From Polyangiaceae bacterium (GTDB lineage: Bacteria > Myxococcota_A > Polyangia > Polyangiales > Polyangiaceae), in contig JBNKBE010000010.1 of assembly GCA_050287085.1 (NCBI GenBank), positions 128,001-192,000 of the forward strand: 64,000 nucleotides of DNA, given 5' to 3'. A program made the translations under genes and the position numbers. Positions 10,184 to 19,639 of this stretch are shown piece by piece. How positions within the stretch are numbered: the stretch's first letter is position 1; each line of letters opens with the position of its first letter. The notes beneath the pieces are model-generated. The model saw only the letters and a list, made by a program, of their open reading frames with translations, ran no database searches and was not told where the DNA came from.

Positions 10184-10803
10184 GCTTCTTCCTGTCTTTG
10201 GTTGACGGTTGTAGCTGTACACATGGCTTCGAGCCACCGATCGAGCTGATGAACCACTTCGCACATGGGGGCATTGGACCGATACACCGAGGTGAGCATG
10301 ATCGCTCCCTCCAAGCTTGCGAGCATTAGGGAGGCGACCGAAGCCGGATTGGCCGACGTCACCATTTGTCCAGAGTCCCGGGCGGCCTGGACGGCGGTTT
10401 CGATGACCTGTCGCAGGTCGTCGAGGGCGTTCTTTGCCCGCTCGATCAGTTCTGGATTGGTGTCGTCGGCTTCTACGGCCGCGTTGAGGACGGGGCAGCC
10501 GCCGGCGATAGGCGGGTCGTCGGGAAAGCGCGCGTAGACTCCTATTACGGCGCGCAGGCGCTCTAGCGGATCTGTCTTTCCCGCCAGGGCGGAGACGAAG
10601 CGTTGCCGCATCGTGGCGAGAGCAAAGTCGAGAGCCGCTTCCGCGAGCGCTTCTTTGCTATCAAAATGCCGATAGATTCCACCCTTTTGCAGCCCCGTCG
10701 CGCCCATCACATCCGCGATGGAAGTCGCTTGGTAGCCCGTCTGATTGAAGAGTGCGGCGGCTTTGGCCACCAGTCGCTCGCGAGTCCGAGTGCCTTTGCT
10801 CAT
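10180..10803 (-). CDS. TetR-family regulator (NemR/LmrA-like)
   Basis: HTH GYQATSIADVM...KGGIYRHFDSKE; GGCP motif; SLEGAIM. Confidence 0.9.
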   Translation of the reverse strand: MSKGTRTRERLVAKAAALFNQTGYQATSIADVMGATGLQKGGIYRHFDSKEALAEAALDFALATMRQRFVSALAGKTDPLERLRAVIGVYARFPDDPPIAGGCPVLNAAVEADDTNPELIERAKNALDDLRQVIETAVQAARDSGQMVTSANPASVASLMLASLEGAIMLTSVYRSNAPMCEVVHQLDRWLEAMCTATTVNQRQEEA

Positions 10804-10815
10804 TGGCCTTTCCCG

Positions 10816-10841
10816 AAAAAGAAACCGATTGGTCTCTTTTT
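10816..10841. promoter_or_regulatory. Putative TetR autoregulatory operator
   Basis: Imperfect palindrome AAAAAGAAACCGATTGGTCTCTTTTT 12 nt upstream of the TetR start; core resembles the NemR-type AGACC-N4-GGTCT box. Confidence 0.65.
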
Positions 10842-11154
10842 GGGTGCACCTAGCGCTCCTGTCAAGGAGCAGGCCCTCATTCTGCCGCTCCGCTCGGTGG
10901 CGGGAGCGGAAGTGGAACGGCCCTTCTTGGGGCCGCCGAGGGCGACCATAACCCCCACCGCGAAGGGAGTGTGGGCGGGCAGAAGTCGCTGGCTCGGGGC
11001 GCGCCCTATTTCAAGGTCGCAGCACGCGGGAGCCGCTTCGTCGACGCGCTCCGCCCCACAGGCTGCTGCGCGTTGTCTGTCAAGCAGGGCACACGACGCT
11101 ACAGTTTGCGGCGCCGCGGCGGCCGCGGAACGGCCACCCTGGATCGATTGCGAA

Positions 11155-11511
11155 TCAGTTAGGGGTGCCGCAGAGTCCCCAGTTGTAGATCTGTTGTTTC
11201 TCTTCTTCCGTCAGTTGGACCGCTCCTGAGGGAGGCATTTCTCCTTCGAAGATTACCTCGACGGTTTCGGTGGGATCCATGCGGGCCCCCTCGTATGTGT
11301 CGTAGTTCCACTCACCCGGTGCGTCTTGGCGCGTGTCACCCATGAGCGCGGTCGAGTGGCAAGAGATACATTTGTTGAAGGCCTGGATTTCGGAGAATGT
11401 GGGCACGGTGGCCGTGTCGCAATTCACCTCCGGAAGCTCTTCGTCCTCTGAGTCGCAACCGGAGAACGCGAGTGCGGACAGCAGCAAAGCAAGCACAGTG
11501 GTGTGGTTCAT
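11155..11511 (-). CDS. Small monoheme c-type cytochrome lipoprotein
   Basis: LAFSGC lipobox, CISCH heme motif, MPP distal Met. Confidence 0.75.
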   Translation of the reverse strand: MNHTTVLALLLSALAFSGCDSEDEELPEVNCDTATVPTFSEIQAFNKCISCHSTALMGDTRQDAPGEWNYDTYEGARMDPTETVEVIFEGEMPPSGAVQLTEEEKQQIYNWGLCGTPN

Positions 11512-11909
11512 GGTGCAATCCAATACTCGTTTCGGCCGGGCAGCTCAAGCTACGGGATGGCAAGAGGGCGCTCCGCGTCGACCGCCGACTCACCGCTGAA
11601 GGGGACTTCTGCCCTGGGACGCCCGGACCTGCCATTTTACGTTCGGTTCTTCGCCTTATGCGTCGGCGAAGCGGTTCTTGCTGGCGTATCGAGCTTGTGA
11701 ACGGAGGCCCGGTCCAGGCGGGGTGGCCGCGGGGTGGTGTGCCCTCGACCATCGCGTGGGCGTTGAGTTCAGATGCGGGGGAGCTCGAAGCGTCGGGCTG
11801 GGTTTGAGGGAGAGGAAGCGGGTTGCCCCGGGGTGGCTGAGCGCGCGGGCTGGACATTTCTTGAGTGGTGCCCCATGCCTGCTGCCCGCCGCGACTGAAG
11901 GATGAAGTG

Positions 11910-12749
11910 ATGACTGAGAGCTATACGCCGCCCAGAGTCTGGACCTGGGATCAAGAAAATGGGGGCAGCTTCTCCAAGATAAACCGCCCCATTGCCGGAG
12001 CAACCCACGAAAGGGAGCTACCAATTGGGGAGCACCCGTTCCAACTTTATTCATTGGCGACGCCCAACGGTCAGAAGGTGACCGTCCTCTTCGAGGAACT
12101 GCTCGAGGCTGGGCACCATGCCGAGTACGACGCCTGGCTGATCAATATTAGCGAGGGCGATCAGTTTGGCAGCGGCTTTGTCGGGCTGAACCCCAACTCA
12201 AAGATCCCGGCTTTGCTGGACCGCACTGCGGAGGTGCCTCAGCGCGTGTTCGAATCAGGTGCCATTCTGCTCTATCTGGCTGAGAAGTTTGGAGCATTTG
12301 TGCCGAGCGATGCGCGGCGTCGGACCGAGATGCTCAGCTGGCTCTTCTGGCAGATGGGGGCGGCCCCCTTGCTGGGCGGAGGCTTCGGTCACTTCTATGC
12401 TTACGCTCCCACCAAACAGGAGTATCCGATCAACCGCTACGCGATGGAGGTCAAGCGCCAGCTTCATGTGCTCGACCTGCACTTGGCGGAGCACGAGTAC
12501 CTAGCTGACGAATACTCGATAGCGGACATGGCGATCTGGCCCTGGTACGGTGCGTTGGTGCGCAGCGACGCCTATAGCGCGGCGGAGTTTCTCTCCACCC
12601 ACAACTATCAGAATGTGATCCGTTGGACCGATGCGATTGCGGCTCGCCCTGCGGTCAAGCGCGGGCGGCTCGTCAACCGCAGTTGGGGCGCGGAGCACGA
12701 GCGGCTTCCAGAGCGCCACGACCGAGAGGACTTTGCGGGGAAGGTTTAG
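11910..12749 (+). CDS. yghU: Glutathione-dependent disulfide-bond oxidoreductase (Nu-class GST)
   Basis: INRPIAGATH, LYSLATPNGQKV, NPNSKIPAL, FESGAIL, GGGFGHFY. Confidence 0.92.
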   Translation: MTESYTPPRVWTWDQENGGSFSKINRPIAGATHERELPIGEHPFQLYSLATPNGQKVTVLFEELLEAGHHAEYDAWLINISEGDQFGSGFVGLNPNSKIPALLDRTAEVPQRVFESGAILLYLAEKFGAFVPSDARRRTEMLSWLFWQMGAAPLLGGGFGHFYAYAPTKQEYPINRYAMEVKRQLHVLDLHLAEHEYLADEYSIADMAIWPWYGALVRSDAYSAAEFLSTHNYQNVIRWTDAIAARPAVKRGRLVNRSWGAEHERLPERHDREDFAGKV

Positions 12750-12771
12750 GGGCTGACCGCTCTGAAGACAG

Positions 12772-12814
12772 CCCCGCACTCAAGCCCCGCTCACTCAACC
12801 CCCGCTCACTCAAC
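12772..12814. repeat. Short tandem repeat: CCCCGCTCACTCAAC x2 plus one degenerate copy
   Basis: Read directly; the last unit contains the stop codon of the 12806..15514 gene. Confidence 0.8.
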
Positions 12815-15514
12815 CCAATAGTTGAGCACCTGAAAAGGGCGCTCTTGCCCGCTCAGGGAATCGAGATAGACGAATAGGCCATATCCGTAGCCCTTGTCGG
12901 GTGTGAAGCTATCAGGGTGAATGTCGCCTACGGAGCCGCTGAACGTGGTTGTTGAACCCACGCTGACGCCCAGGGAAGCGGTGACGGATTCACCGACGGA
13001 GTAGCCCGTCATATAGGCGCCGGAGGTGGCCTTGAGGGTGGCCTCGTAGGAAACGCTGATCGCTGAGCGAAAGCCGGCAGTGACGGTCTCACTGATCTCG
13101 ACATCGGTATTGCCAGTGCTTGCACCGACTTCGACGGGGCCTATGCGCAGGGAGGTTTGTCGGCGAGCATCGGCCTCGGACGGGTAGCTGTGAGGATTGC
13201 CGATTTCATGTTGGAATACAGCGTCGTCGATGGGGGTTGCAGCGCCGGCCAGGGCTCGATTGAAGAACTGACGCTCCACCTGGATGGTGCGCGGGCGCCG
13301 CGGCAGGGATACCACCAGCTCTTGCCCAACCAGCTCTGGGTATTCGGAGTGCGAAACCAGGGTGTAGACGTATTGGTCGTAGGGAACGACGGTCGCAATG
13401 ACCGTGTCTTCCATGGCCCCCGTCTGGTAGGTGATGGTGGACGTTAGCTCGTAGCCCAGGCTTGCTTCGTTCGTGAGCGAGACTCCCACCGTTTCTTCGA
13501 ATTCAACGCCGATCTCGCCGACAAAGGGAATGTCGACACCACCCTCCCAGCCCATGTGTTTGCGGGCGCTGATCTCGTGAGCAATCGAGGCGTCTGCACC
13601 GGCGGACGAGCCTTTGCCCCACGAGGTACGGCACGCGTCGCTATCTTGGGTTCCGTCGTTCCAACACGGGGGCGCGGCCAAGGTCGCATGCACCACGGGC
13701 TCGGTGAAGATCACGCGGTGGGTACCTGTGTATTTGACCACCGTGGAGTCAGCGTTCACGTTGAGGGCAACCAAGTTCGCGGGGGGCCCAGAGGTCCCCG
13801 GGTAGATGGCCCGCGGAAAGCCGGCCAGGGTTTCGCTATGCTTGAGTCCCCAGGCGCCGGTGTTGGGGTCTAGACCCCAGACCCTCAGATGGTGGTGGAG
13901 GAATTCGTCGTCGCCGTATTTTTCCGTGGTTGGGGTGTAGACGACGATGTCCTCGAAGCCGTCGTCGGTGACGTCACCGACTGCCCATGCGGCGTTGCGT
14001 TTGCCGATTTGTGGCCGCCCATTGCTGGCTCCTCGGAACACTTCGGCCCCGGGAATTTCGAAGGGCTGGCCCTCCACTTCGTAGGGGGTGAACGGGGGGG
14101 TGTTGCTGAAGTCGTCAAACACTTTGCCGTTGACGTGTAGCTCGCGGGCCTCGTCGTCGTCGACGTTGAAGATGCCAGCCCAGATGTGGTTTGTCCATCC
14201 GTTGTTGCCGCTCGATTCGCAACCGGGCGAAACCGATACCGAGCTTTGGGCGGCGCCCAGCAGCGCGAAGTCGCTTGCCGCATCGTCGAGGACGAAGTGC
14301 ATGCTATCAAGTGGCTCGCATGTGACTGGGAAGCGACCGGTCAAACCGGCGAGCAAGATCTCGTCGAGGCTATCACCGTCCAAGTCGCCAAGCGCTACAG
14401 TTGCCTTTAGGGCGTCCACGCTTGCGTTGTCGACGCGAGTAGTAACGATGCCGCTCTTGAGCTCGGTCAGCCCTTCGTTTGCGTCGTCTAATACGTAGTA
14501 GTGACTGACGCCCGATCCGGCGCTGTTGTTGCTACCGCCACCCCCCGTTTCGTTGACCACTACCACCAGCTCGGAAGCCGCGTCGCGGTCGAGTTGACCT
14601 GCTGCCAGCTCGAGACTGAGATCACCCGCGTTGCGCGCCTCAAAGTGAATCGAGATTGCCCCCAAACGGGTGTAGCCGTCTTGGGAGTTGCCTTCCAACA
14701 CCGTGACCGTTGCCGTCCCGTCCTGTACGACGCCCATCACCAGAGCATCGGAGCCCGTTCCGTAGAGATCCGTCGCCAGCACGCTCAGTTCGCTGGGTGC
14801 GGCCGCACCCAGGGTGTCAACGGCGGAGGGAGCAAACGCGCCGTCTTGGTCGTCAACGGTTTGCAGGTGGAGTTCGCTCTCTGCCTCGTCCCACCAGAGA
14901 AATACCATTTCGTCGAAGCCGTCGCCGTCCACGTCTCCGCCAGCGCTAGCGCTCACCGAGCTGGCTTGCCACACCTGGGGCAGCGGCTCGTTCGGAAGGA
15001 GCGCCATTTGGCCGCTGCCCATGGCGTCTACTCGGGCGTATTGCAGCAAACTGGCGGTCTGGTCCTCTGCGTTGAAGGGAATGCCTGCCAACAAGACTTC
15101 GCTCCTCTGTCGCAGCGTCCTGCGCGTGCGCAGCGGGGTGTATGACTCGGGCAGTGGCTCACCGTGTTGGTCGACCCGCGGCGTCTCTTCGGTGTCGATG
15201 TTGAGAGCTTCGAGGGTGTTCTTGATGGCGTCCTGGCTGGCTGTGCCGGCATCCGCATCCGGTGGGCTGATGTCATCGTCCGCCGTATCGTCGTCGGCGC
15301 TCGTGTCAGCGTCGGCGCTCGTGTCAGCGTCAGCGTTAGGGCCGTCATCGTCAGCCGCGCGTTCCGGCTGGGTCCCGTCGTCGCTTGGGTCGTCACTGAT
15401 GGTGACGTCAGGTACGCAGCCCCAGGCTAGCGACGCGGCGAGCGGGAGCCAGGCGAAGGCCTGGCGGGCTGAGGATGTGGCTCGGGAAGGTTCGGGGTGG
15501 CGCTTGGTCTTCAT
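12806..15514 (-). CDS. Large acidic lipoprotein with FG-GAP/VCBS-like repeats and a beta-rich C-terminal domain
   Basis: LAWGC lipobox, Asp-rich linker, repeats GDVDGDGFDE / GDLDGDSLDE / GDVTDDGFED, Ser/Thr-rich C-terminus. Confidence 0.8.
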   Translation of the reverse strand: MKTKRHPEPSRATSSARQAFAWLPLAASLAWGCVPDVTISDDPSDDGTQPERAADDDGPNADADTSADADTSADDDTADDDISPPDADAGTASQDAIKNTLEALNIDTEETPRVDQHGEPLPESYTPLRTRRTLRQRSEVLLAGIPFNAEDQTASLLQYARVDAMGSGQMALLPNEPLPQVWQASSVSASAGGDVDGDGFDEMVFLWWDEAESELHLQTVDDQDGAFAPSAVDTLGAAAPSELSVLATDLYGTGSDALVMGVVQDGTATVTVLEGNSQDGYTRLGAISIHFEARNAGDLSLELAAGQLDRDAASELVVVVNETGGGGSNNSAGSGVSHYYVLDDANEGLTELKSGIVTTRVDNASVDALKATVALGDLDGDSLDEILLAGLTGRFPVTCEPLDSMHFVLDDAASDFALLGAAQSSVSVSPGCESSGNNGWTNHIWAGIFNVDDDEARELHVNGKVFDDFSNTPPFTPYEVEGQPFEIPGAEVFRGASNGRPQIGKRNAAWAVGDVTDDGFEDIVVYTPTTEKYGDDEFLHHHLRVWGLDPNTGAWGLKHSETLAGFPRAIYPGTSGPPANLVALNVNADSTVVKYTGTHRVIFTEPVVHATLAAPPCWNDGTQDSDACRTSWGKGSSAGADASIAHEISARKHMGWEGGVDIPFVGEIGVEFEETVGVSLTNEASLGYELTSTITYQTGAMEDTVIATVVPYDQYVYTLVSHSEYPELVGQELVVSLPRRPRTIQVERQFFNRALAGAATPIDDAVFQHEIGNPHSYPSEADARRQTSLRIGPVEVGASTGNTDVEISETVTAGFRSAISVSYEATLKATSGAYMTGYSVGESVTASLGVSVGSTTTFSGSVGDIHPDSFTPDKGYGYGLFVYLDSLSGQERPFQVLNYWVE

Positions 15515-15620
15515 GTTTTGCTCCAGTTCGCGCACTGCGCGTCCTGTCACCGTGTCAGCTCCGGCCGGAGGCGCCCACTACAGTTCGCTACAGCGCGTGG
15601 TGGCCCGGGCCGCTGCGGGC

Positions 15621-16826
15621 TCAGAATCGCCCCAAGAGGCTAATACCATTGGGGTTCAGGCGCGCCTCGGTGTTGCTATCGTGGCTCTGCCATAGGAGAA
15701 AGCCTCCGGCAGCAAGCCCTAGGCCTGCGGCGACAGCTGAGGCGGCGTACCAGGTCTTCCACGTTTCGTAGCGCTCGAGAGCGGAGCTATCGTGTTCGCT
15801 CTTGGTACAGGAGCTGCGGCCCGCGCAGACTTCACTCGCCGCGCCCGTTGCGCCAATGAAACTCACAATCGCAACACCCGCCGCGGCTGTGCCCACGCCT
15901 AAGGCGATCCAAGACGCCTGGCGTATCGTCTCGCCGCTTCCCAGCGGCGGGTTGCTGGTAGTATCGGGCGGCGGGATGTCGCCGGGGCGATGCGGCGCGA
16001 TGGATGCAGAGCGTGCCGCGGCTTCGCCCTGTTGGGGCGCGACCAGCTCTTCGATCGGAGCCCGCGGCGTCGGCGCGTTTGCTGCGAGCTCGCCTTGAGC
16101 CATAGGGGGGGCGCCGGATTGGGGGACATCCGCCGGTTTCACCTGGGGGACCAGATCGGCTACAACGACAAGTTGGGTGGCGCCGCGCGCGCTTAAGGTC
16201 CGCGCTAGGGGCTGATATCCGGAGGCCACCACTTCGACCAGAACAGAGCCGGGGTCCACCAAGAGCGGCTCCGGAAGCGGGATCTGCCCGACCGATGCGC
16301 CGTTAACCCGTACCTCGGCTCCCGCGACGCTACAGTCGAGTTGTATCGAGGCAACCTCCCGCTCCAGGGACGCCATCAGCTCGTCAAGTCCGCTGACTCG
16401 CGCGCGGAGTTCGGGGGAAGCCGTGCGCCTAAAAACCCGCAGCAGCTCAAGGGATGCAGCCCGCTTGCCGACCATTTCCAGCGCTCGCGCTCGGTTGTAG
16501 AGCAAGGCTGGTTTCGGGCTGTAGCGATAGGCGGCTTCATAACACGCGAGCGCGAGCCCGAAGTCGCTGGCAAGCATGGCCTCGTCTCCAACGCGTTGGC
16601 TGTCGGTGCCGCTAGTGGGGCACGGAGGACGTCCCTCGGACTCAATCTGCGGGCCGCCGGATTCAGCGGCCTGCACGACCTTTGGAGTGAGAAATAACGC
16701 GCCCAGCAGCGCCGCAGCGCTGCTCAGTGGCAGCCGTGGCGAACGCTGACGAGGCGGCAACGGGCGTGCCCCGTTCGTCGGAGGCGGATATGGGAAGCGA
16801 GCACCCTTCGGGGAGCGATGCGGCAT
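15621..16826 (-). CDS. TPR + PEGA domain exported protein
   Basis: Signal peptide, YEAAY...PALLYNRARALE, VAGAEVRVNG...P(L)LVDPG..VEVVASGY, two C-terminal hydrophobic segments. Confidence 0.8.
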   Translation of the reverse strand: MPHRSPKGARFPYPPPTNGARPLPPRQRSPRLPLSSAAALLGALFLTPKVVQAAESGGPQIESEGRPPCPTSGTDSQRVGDEAMLASDFGLALACYEAAYRYSPKPALLYNRARALEMVGKRAASLELLRVFRRTASPELRARVSGLDELMASLEREVASIQLDCSVAGAEVRVNGASVGQIPLPEPLLVDPGSVLVEVVASGYQPLARTLSARGATQLVVVADLVPQVKPADVPQSGAPPMAQGELAANAPTPRAPIEELVAPQQGEAAARSASIAPHRPGDIPPPDTTSNPPLGSGETIRQASWIALGVGTAAAGVAIVSFIGATGAASEVCAGRSSCTKSEHDSSALERYETWKTWYAASAVAAGLGLAAGGFLLWQSHDSNTEARLNPNGISLLGRF

Positions 16827-16905
16827 CGCGCTAGGTTATCCTAGAGTGCTTTCGAACGCGACCCGATTGGGATGGCGCTGGTGATTCGCTGGCTCTTCGA
16901 GCAGG

Positions 16906-17370
16906 TTATCCGCCGAGCAGCCCGCCGAGCCCGCCAAGCGCACCCCCGAGACCTCCGCCGCCCGAGAGGCCTTTGAGCCATGGTACTGCGCTCTGCACCT
17001 TTTCCATCAGCTCGGGGCTGAGTCTGGATTTTAGGAAATCCAAGACCAGTGGGAGTGCGCCTTGGACCACACTGGCGTCCAAACCTAGGCCTGAGACCTG
17101 CTTAATGAGGCCTCCGACATCACCACCGCCCAGGAGACCGGAAGCCAAGCCCATCAAACCACCACCCTCGCTTCCGCCAGAGCTCAGCGCCTTGGCCTGT
17201 GCGACCCAACCCGACAATTCTGGCAGGGCGTTGGCCAGTTCACCCGCTGCACCGGTGCCCAGTTTTTCGCCAATCTGCTCCTGCACCAGGCCGAGTGCGG
17301 TGCCGGCAAGACCCTGTGCCTTGTCTGGGTCTAGGCCGAGTTGCGACGTCAGTGATGCGATAAGATCCAT
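16906..17370 (-). CDS. Small Gly-rich protein (DUF2780-like)
   Basis: MDLIASLTSQLG...AQGLAG...LGLDASVV...PLVLDFL pattern. Confidence 0.6.
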   Translation of the reverse strand: MDLIASLTSQLGLDPDKAQGLAGTALGLVQEQIGEKLGTGAAGELANALPELSGWVAQAKALSSGGSEGGGLMGLASGLLGGGDVGGLIKQVSGLGLDASVVQGALPLVLDFLKSRLSPELMEKVQSAVPWLKGLSGGGGLGGALGGLGGLLGG

Positions 17371-17648
17371 GCTGCTGCTCCTTCTGGGCTTCGGTTGGGC
17401 ACGCAGGGTATCATCAATGCCGCCGTCCGGCCTGCGAAAAGGAGCCGCTTGGGCCCTGCAGTCGCACGGGCACCGCCGGAGGTTTCCGGCCATGTCGAGC
17501 ACCACGTCGAAGTGCCGCAGCGGCGAGGGGGCCGGACCGCCCAAGACGTTGCCGTTGCCTAGGACGCGTCGCATCTATTGAGCGCGCTGCTCTGGCGCCA
17601 AGTGAAGCTCCCGGCGGCGTCCGCGGCTGACGGCCCGTAAACGAAGGG

Positions 17649-18908
17649 TTAGGTCGCGCCGGGCCCCAGGATCAAAGCTGCGTTGGTGCCTCCGAAGCCA
17701 AAGGAGTTCGACATCGCGCGCCGCATGGCGTGCTGTTTGGCCCTTAGCGGCACCAGGTCGAATTCCCGATCACAGGGGGTGATGAGGTTGAGCGTCGGGG
17801 GCGCTACCTGATCGCGCAGTGCGAGCCACGTGAAGATGGCCTCGACCGCGCCCGTGGCCCCTAGGAGATGGCCCGTGGCGGATTTGGTCGACGACACGCA
17901 GGGTAGTTGGCGGCTGCCCGCGAGCAGGGCGCGCAGTGCCGTGAGCTCAACGGGGTCTCCCGCGGGGGTCGACGTGGCGTGGGCATTGACGTAGTCGATG
18001 TCGCTGGCTGCCAAGCCAGCGTTGTGGAGGGCTGCAGCCATGGCGCGTCTAGCTCCGCCTCCCAAGGGATCGGGCGCCGTGAGGTGAAAAGCGTCCCCGG
18101 CCAAACCGTAGCCAAGCACTTCACCCAATACCGGTGCGCCGCGCCGCTTCGCGTGTTCCAGCTCCTCCAGCACAACGACGCCGGCACCTTCACCCAAGAC
18201 GAAGCCGTCGCGCGCTTCGTCCCAGGGACGCGACGCCGCTTCCGGGCTGTCGTTGAAAGCGGTGGAGAGCGCACGCATCACCGAGAATCCGGCGAGTGTC
18301 AGGCGAGCCACGGCGCTCTCGGTTCCCCCGGCTACCATCACGTCCGCGTCACCGTATTGGATTAGTCGCGCCGCATCGCCGATCGCGTGAGCTCCTGTTG
18401 CGCAGGCGGTCACGACCGCATGATTCGGTCCCCTTAGATGATGGCGCATCGAGACGTGTCCCGACGCCTCGTTTATCAGGACTCGGGGAATGAAGTAGGG
18501 GGATACGCGGCGTGGTCCCTTCTGTTCAAGCAGGAGCGCGTTTTCAGCAATAGCTTCGAAGCCGCCGATGCCAGAGCCGATGAGCACGCCGGCGCGGTCC
18601 CGCGCGGCGTCATCCAGTTCGCTTAGGCCTGCCTGGGCGATGGCTTCGTCGGTTGCGGCCAGGGCAAAGGCAACGAAGTCTTCCAGGCGTCGTTGCTCTT
18701 TCGGCGACGCCACTTTCGCGATGTCGAACTCACCGGGGCCCCTTCCGCGTGGGACCTGCCCTGCGATACGGGCCGGCAGGTCGCTGACGTCGAAATGCTG
18801 GATGCGGCTGACGCCTGATTCGCCATTGAGCAGTCGCGACCATGAACGTTCGACGCCCACGCCGAGGGGCGACACGAGGCCCATTCCGGTTACAACGACG
18901 CGTCTCAC
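17649..18908 (-). CDS. fabF: Beta-ketoacyl-ACP synthase II
   Basis: RRVVVTGMG, TACATG, NAHATST, KSATGHLLGA, SNSFGFGG; GTG start after AAGGAG. Confidence 0.95.
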   Translation of the reverse strand: MRRVVVTGMGLVSPLGVGVERSWSRLLNGESGVSRIQHFDVSDLPARIAGQVPRGRGPGEFDIAKVASPKEQRRLEDFVAFALAATDEAIAQAGLSELDDAARDRAGVLIGSGIGGFEAIAENALLLEQKGPRRVSPYFIPRVLINEASGHVSMRHHLRGPNHAVVTACATGAHAIGDAARLIQYGDADVMVAGGTESAVARLTLAGFSVMRALSTAFNDSPEAASRPWDEARDGFVLGEGAGVVVLEELEHAKRRGAPVLGEVLGYGLAGDAFHLTAPDPLGGGARRAMAAALHNAGLAASDIDYVNAHATSTPAGDPVELTALRALLAGSRQLPCVSSTKSATGHLLGATGAVEAIFTWLALRDQVAPPTLNLITPCDREFDLVPLRAKQHAMRRAMSNSFGFGGTNAALILGPGAT

Positions 18909-19540
18909 TGCTGACTCCTTGTCTTGTTGTGGGGACCTCTGCCGCTCGAGTGCGGCGCGCCGCAAGCGCGGGGCGGGCTAGGTCCCTGGCGGGATGCACT
19001 CTTATCGGTGAGCGTATCGCATTGGGGTTGCGCGCGGCTCTCTTCGACACTCGGCAGTAGGGGAGCGTTGCGCAGCAGCTCCTTGAGCGGCGCGTCCGCG
19101 GCCGGTCCGGCCAGTACGCGAATCATACCGGGTTCGACAAGGCGCCCCGTGCGCGCGTCAACGAGTTTGGGCACAATAGGCTCTCCGGAACGGTGGTCGA
19201 CGGCTTGTATTGCGGCTCCTTCAGGAGCTAGCCACTGCTGTCCCCAGCTCGTGAGCGTGATGACTACGGGCAACAGATCGATCCCCTTGGGCGTGAGAGC
19301 ATATTCGTGGCGGGGGGGGTGCTGCTGATATTGATGTCGCTCGAGGATCCCGTCACCACACAGTTGGCGCAAGCGACGGTTGAGGGTTGTCGGGGTCACT
19401 TCCAGGTTGCGCTGCAAGTCCTGAAATCTGCGCATACCCAAGAAGACGTTGCGCAGGATGAGCAAGTTCCACCACGGGCCGACTTGCTCTACGGCGCGGG
19501 CTAGCGGGCAGGCCCGCGTTGCAAACGAGGTAGCTTCCAC
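18905..19540 (-). CDS. HxlR-family winged-helix regulator
   Basis: CPLARA..VG..WNLLILR, RRFQDL, EYALTPKG; stop overlaps the fabF start. Confidence 0.9.
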   Translation of the reverse strand: MEATSFATRACPLARAVEQVGPWWNLLILRNVFLGMRRFQDLQRNLEVTPTTLNRRLRQLCGDGILERHQYQQHPPRHEYALTPKGIDLLPVVITLTSWGQQWLAPEGAAIQAVDHRSGEPIVPKLVDARTGRLVEPGMIRVLAGPAADAPLKELLRNAPLLPSVEESRAQPQCDTLTDKSASRQGPSPPRACGAPHSSGRGPHNKTRSQQ

Positions 19541-19557
19541 CAGACGCAGTGTGCGCT

Positions 19558-19582
19558 AGTTACTAGCATTATGCAAGTAACT
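19558..19582. promoter_or_regulatory. Putative HxlR operator
   Basis: Palindrome AGTTACT-A-GCAT-T-ATGC-A-AGTAACT just upstream of the regulator. Confidence 0.65.
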
Positions 19583-19639
19583 GATTGGGCTTTCGGAGCG
19601 ACGCGGGATTTCTGCTACGGATCCGCTAGACTTTCGTGC

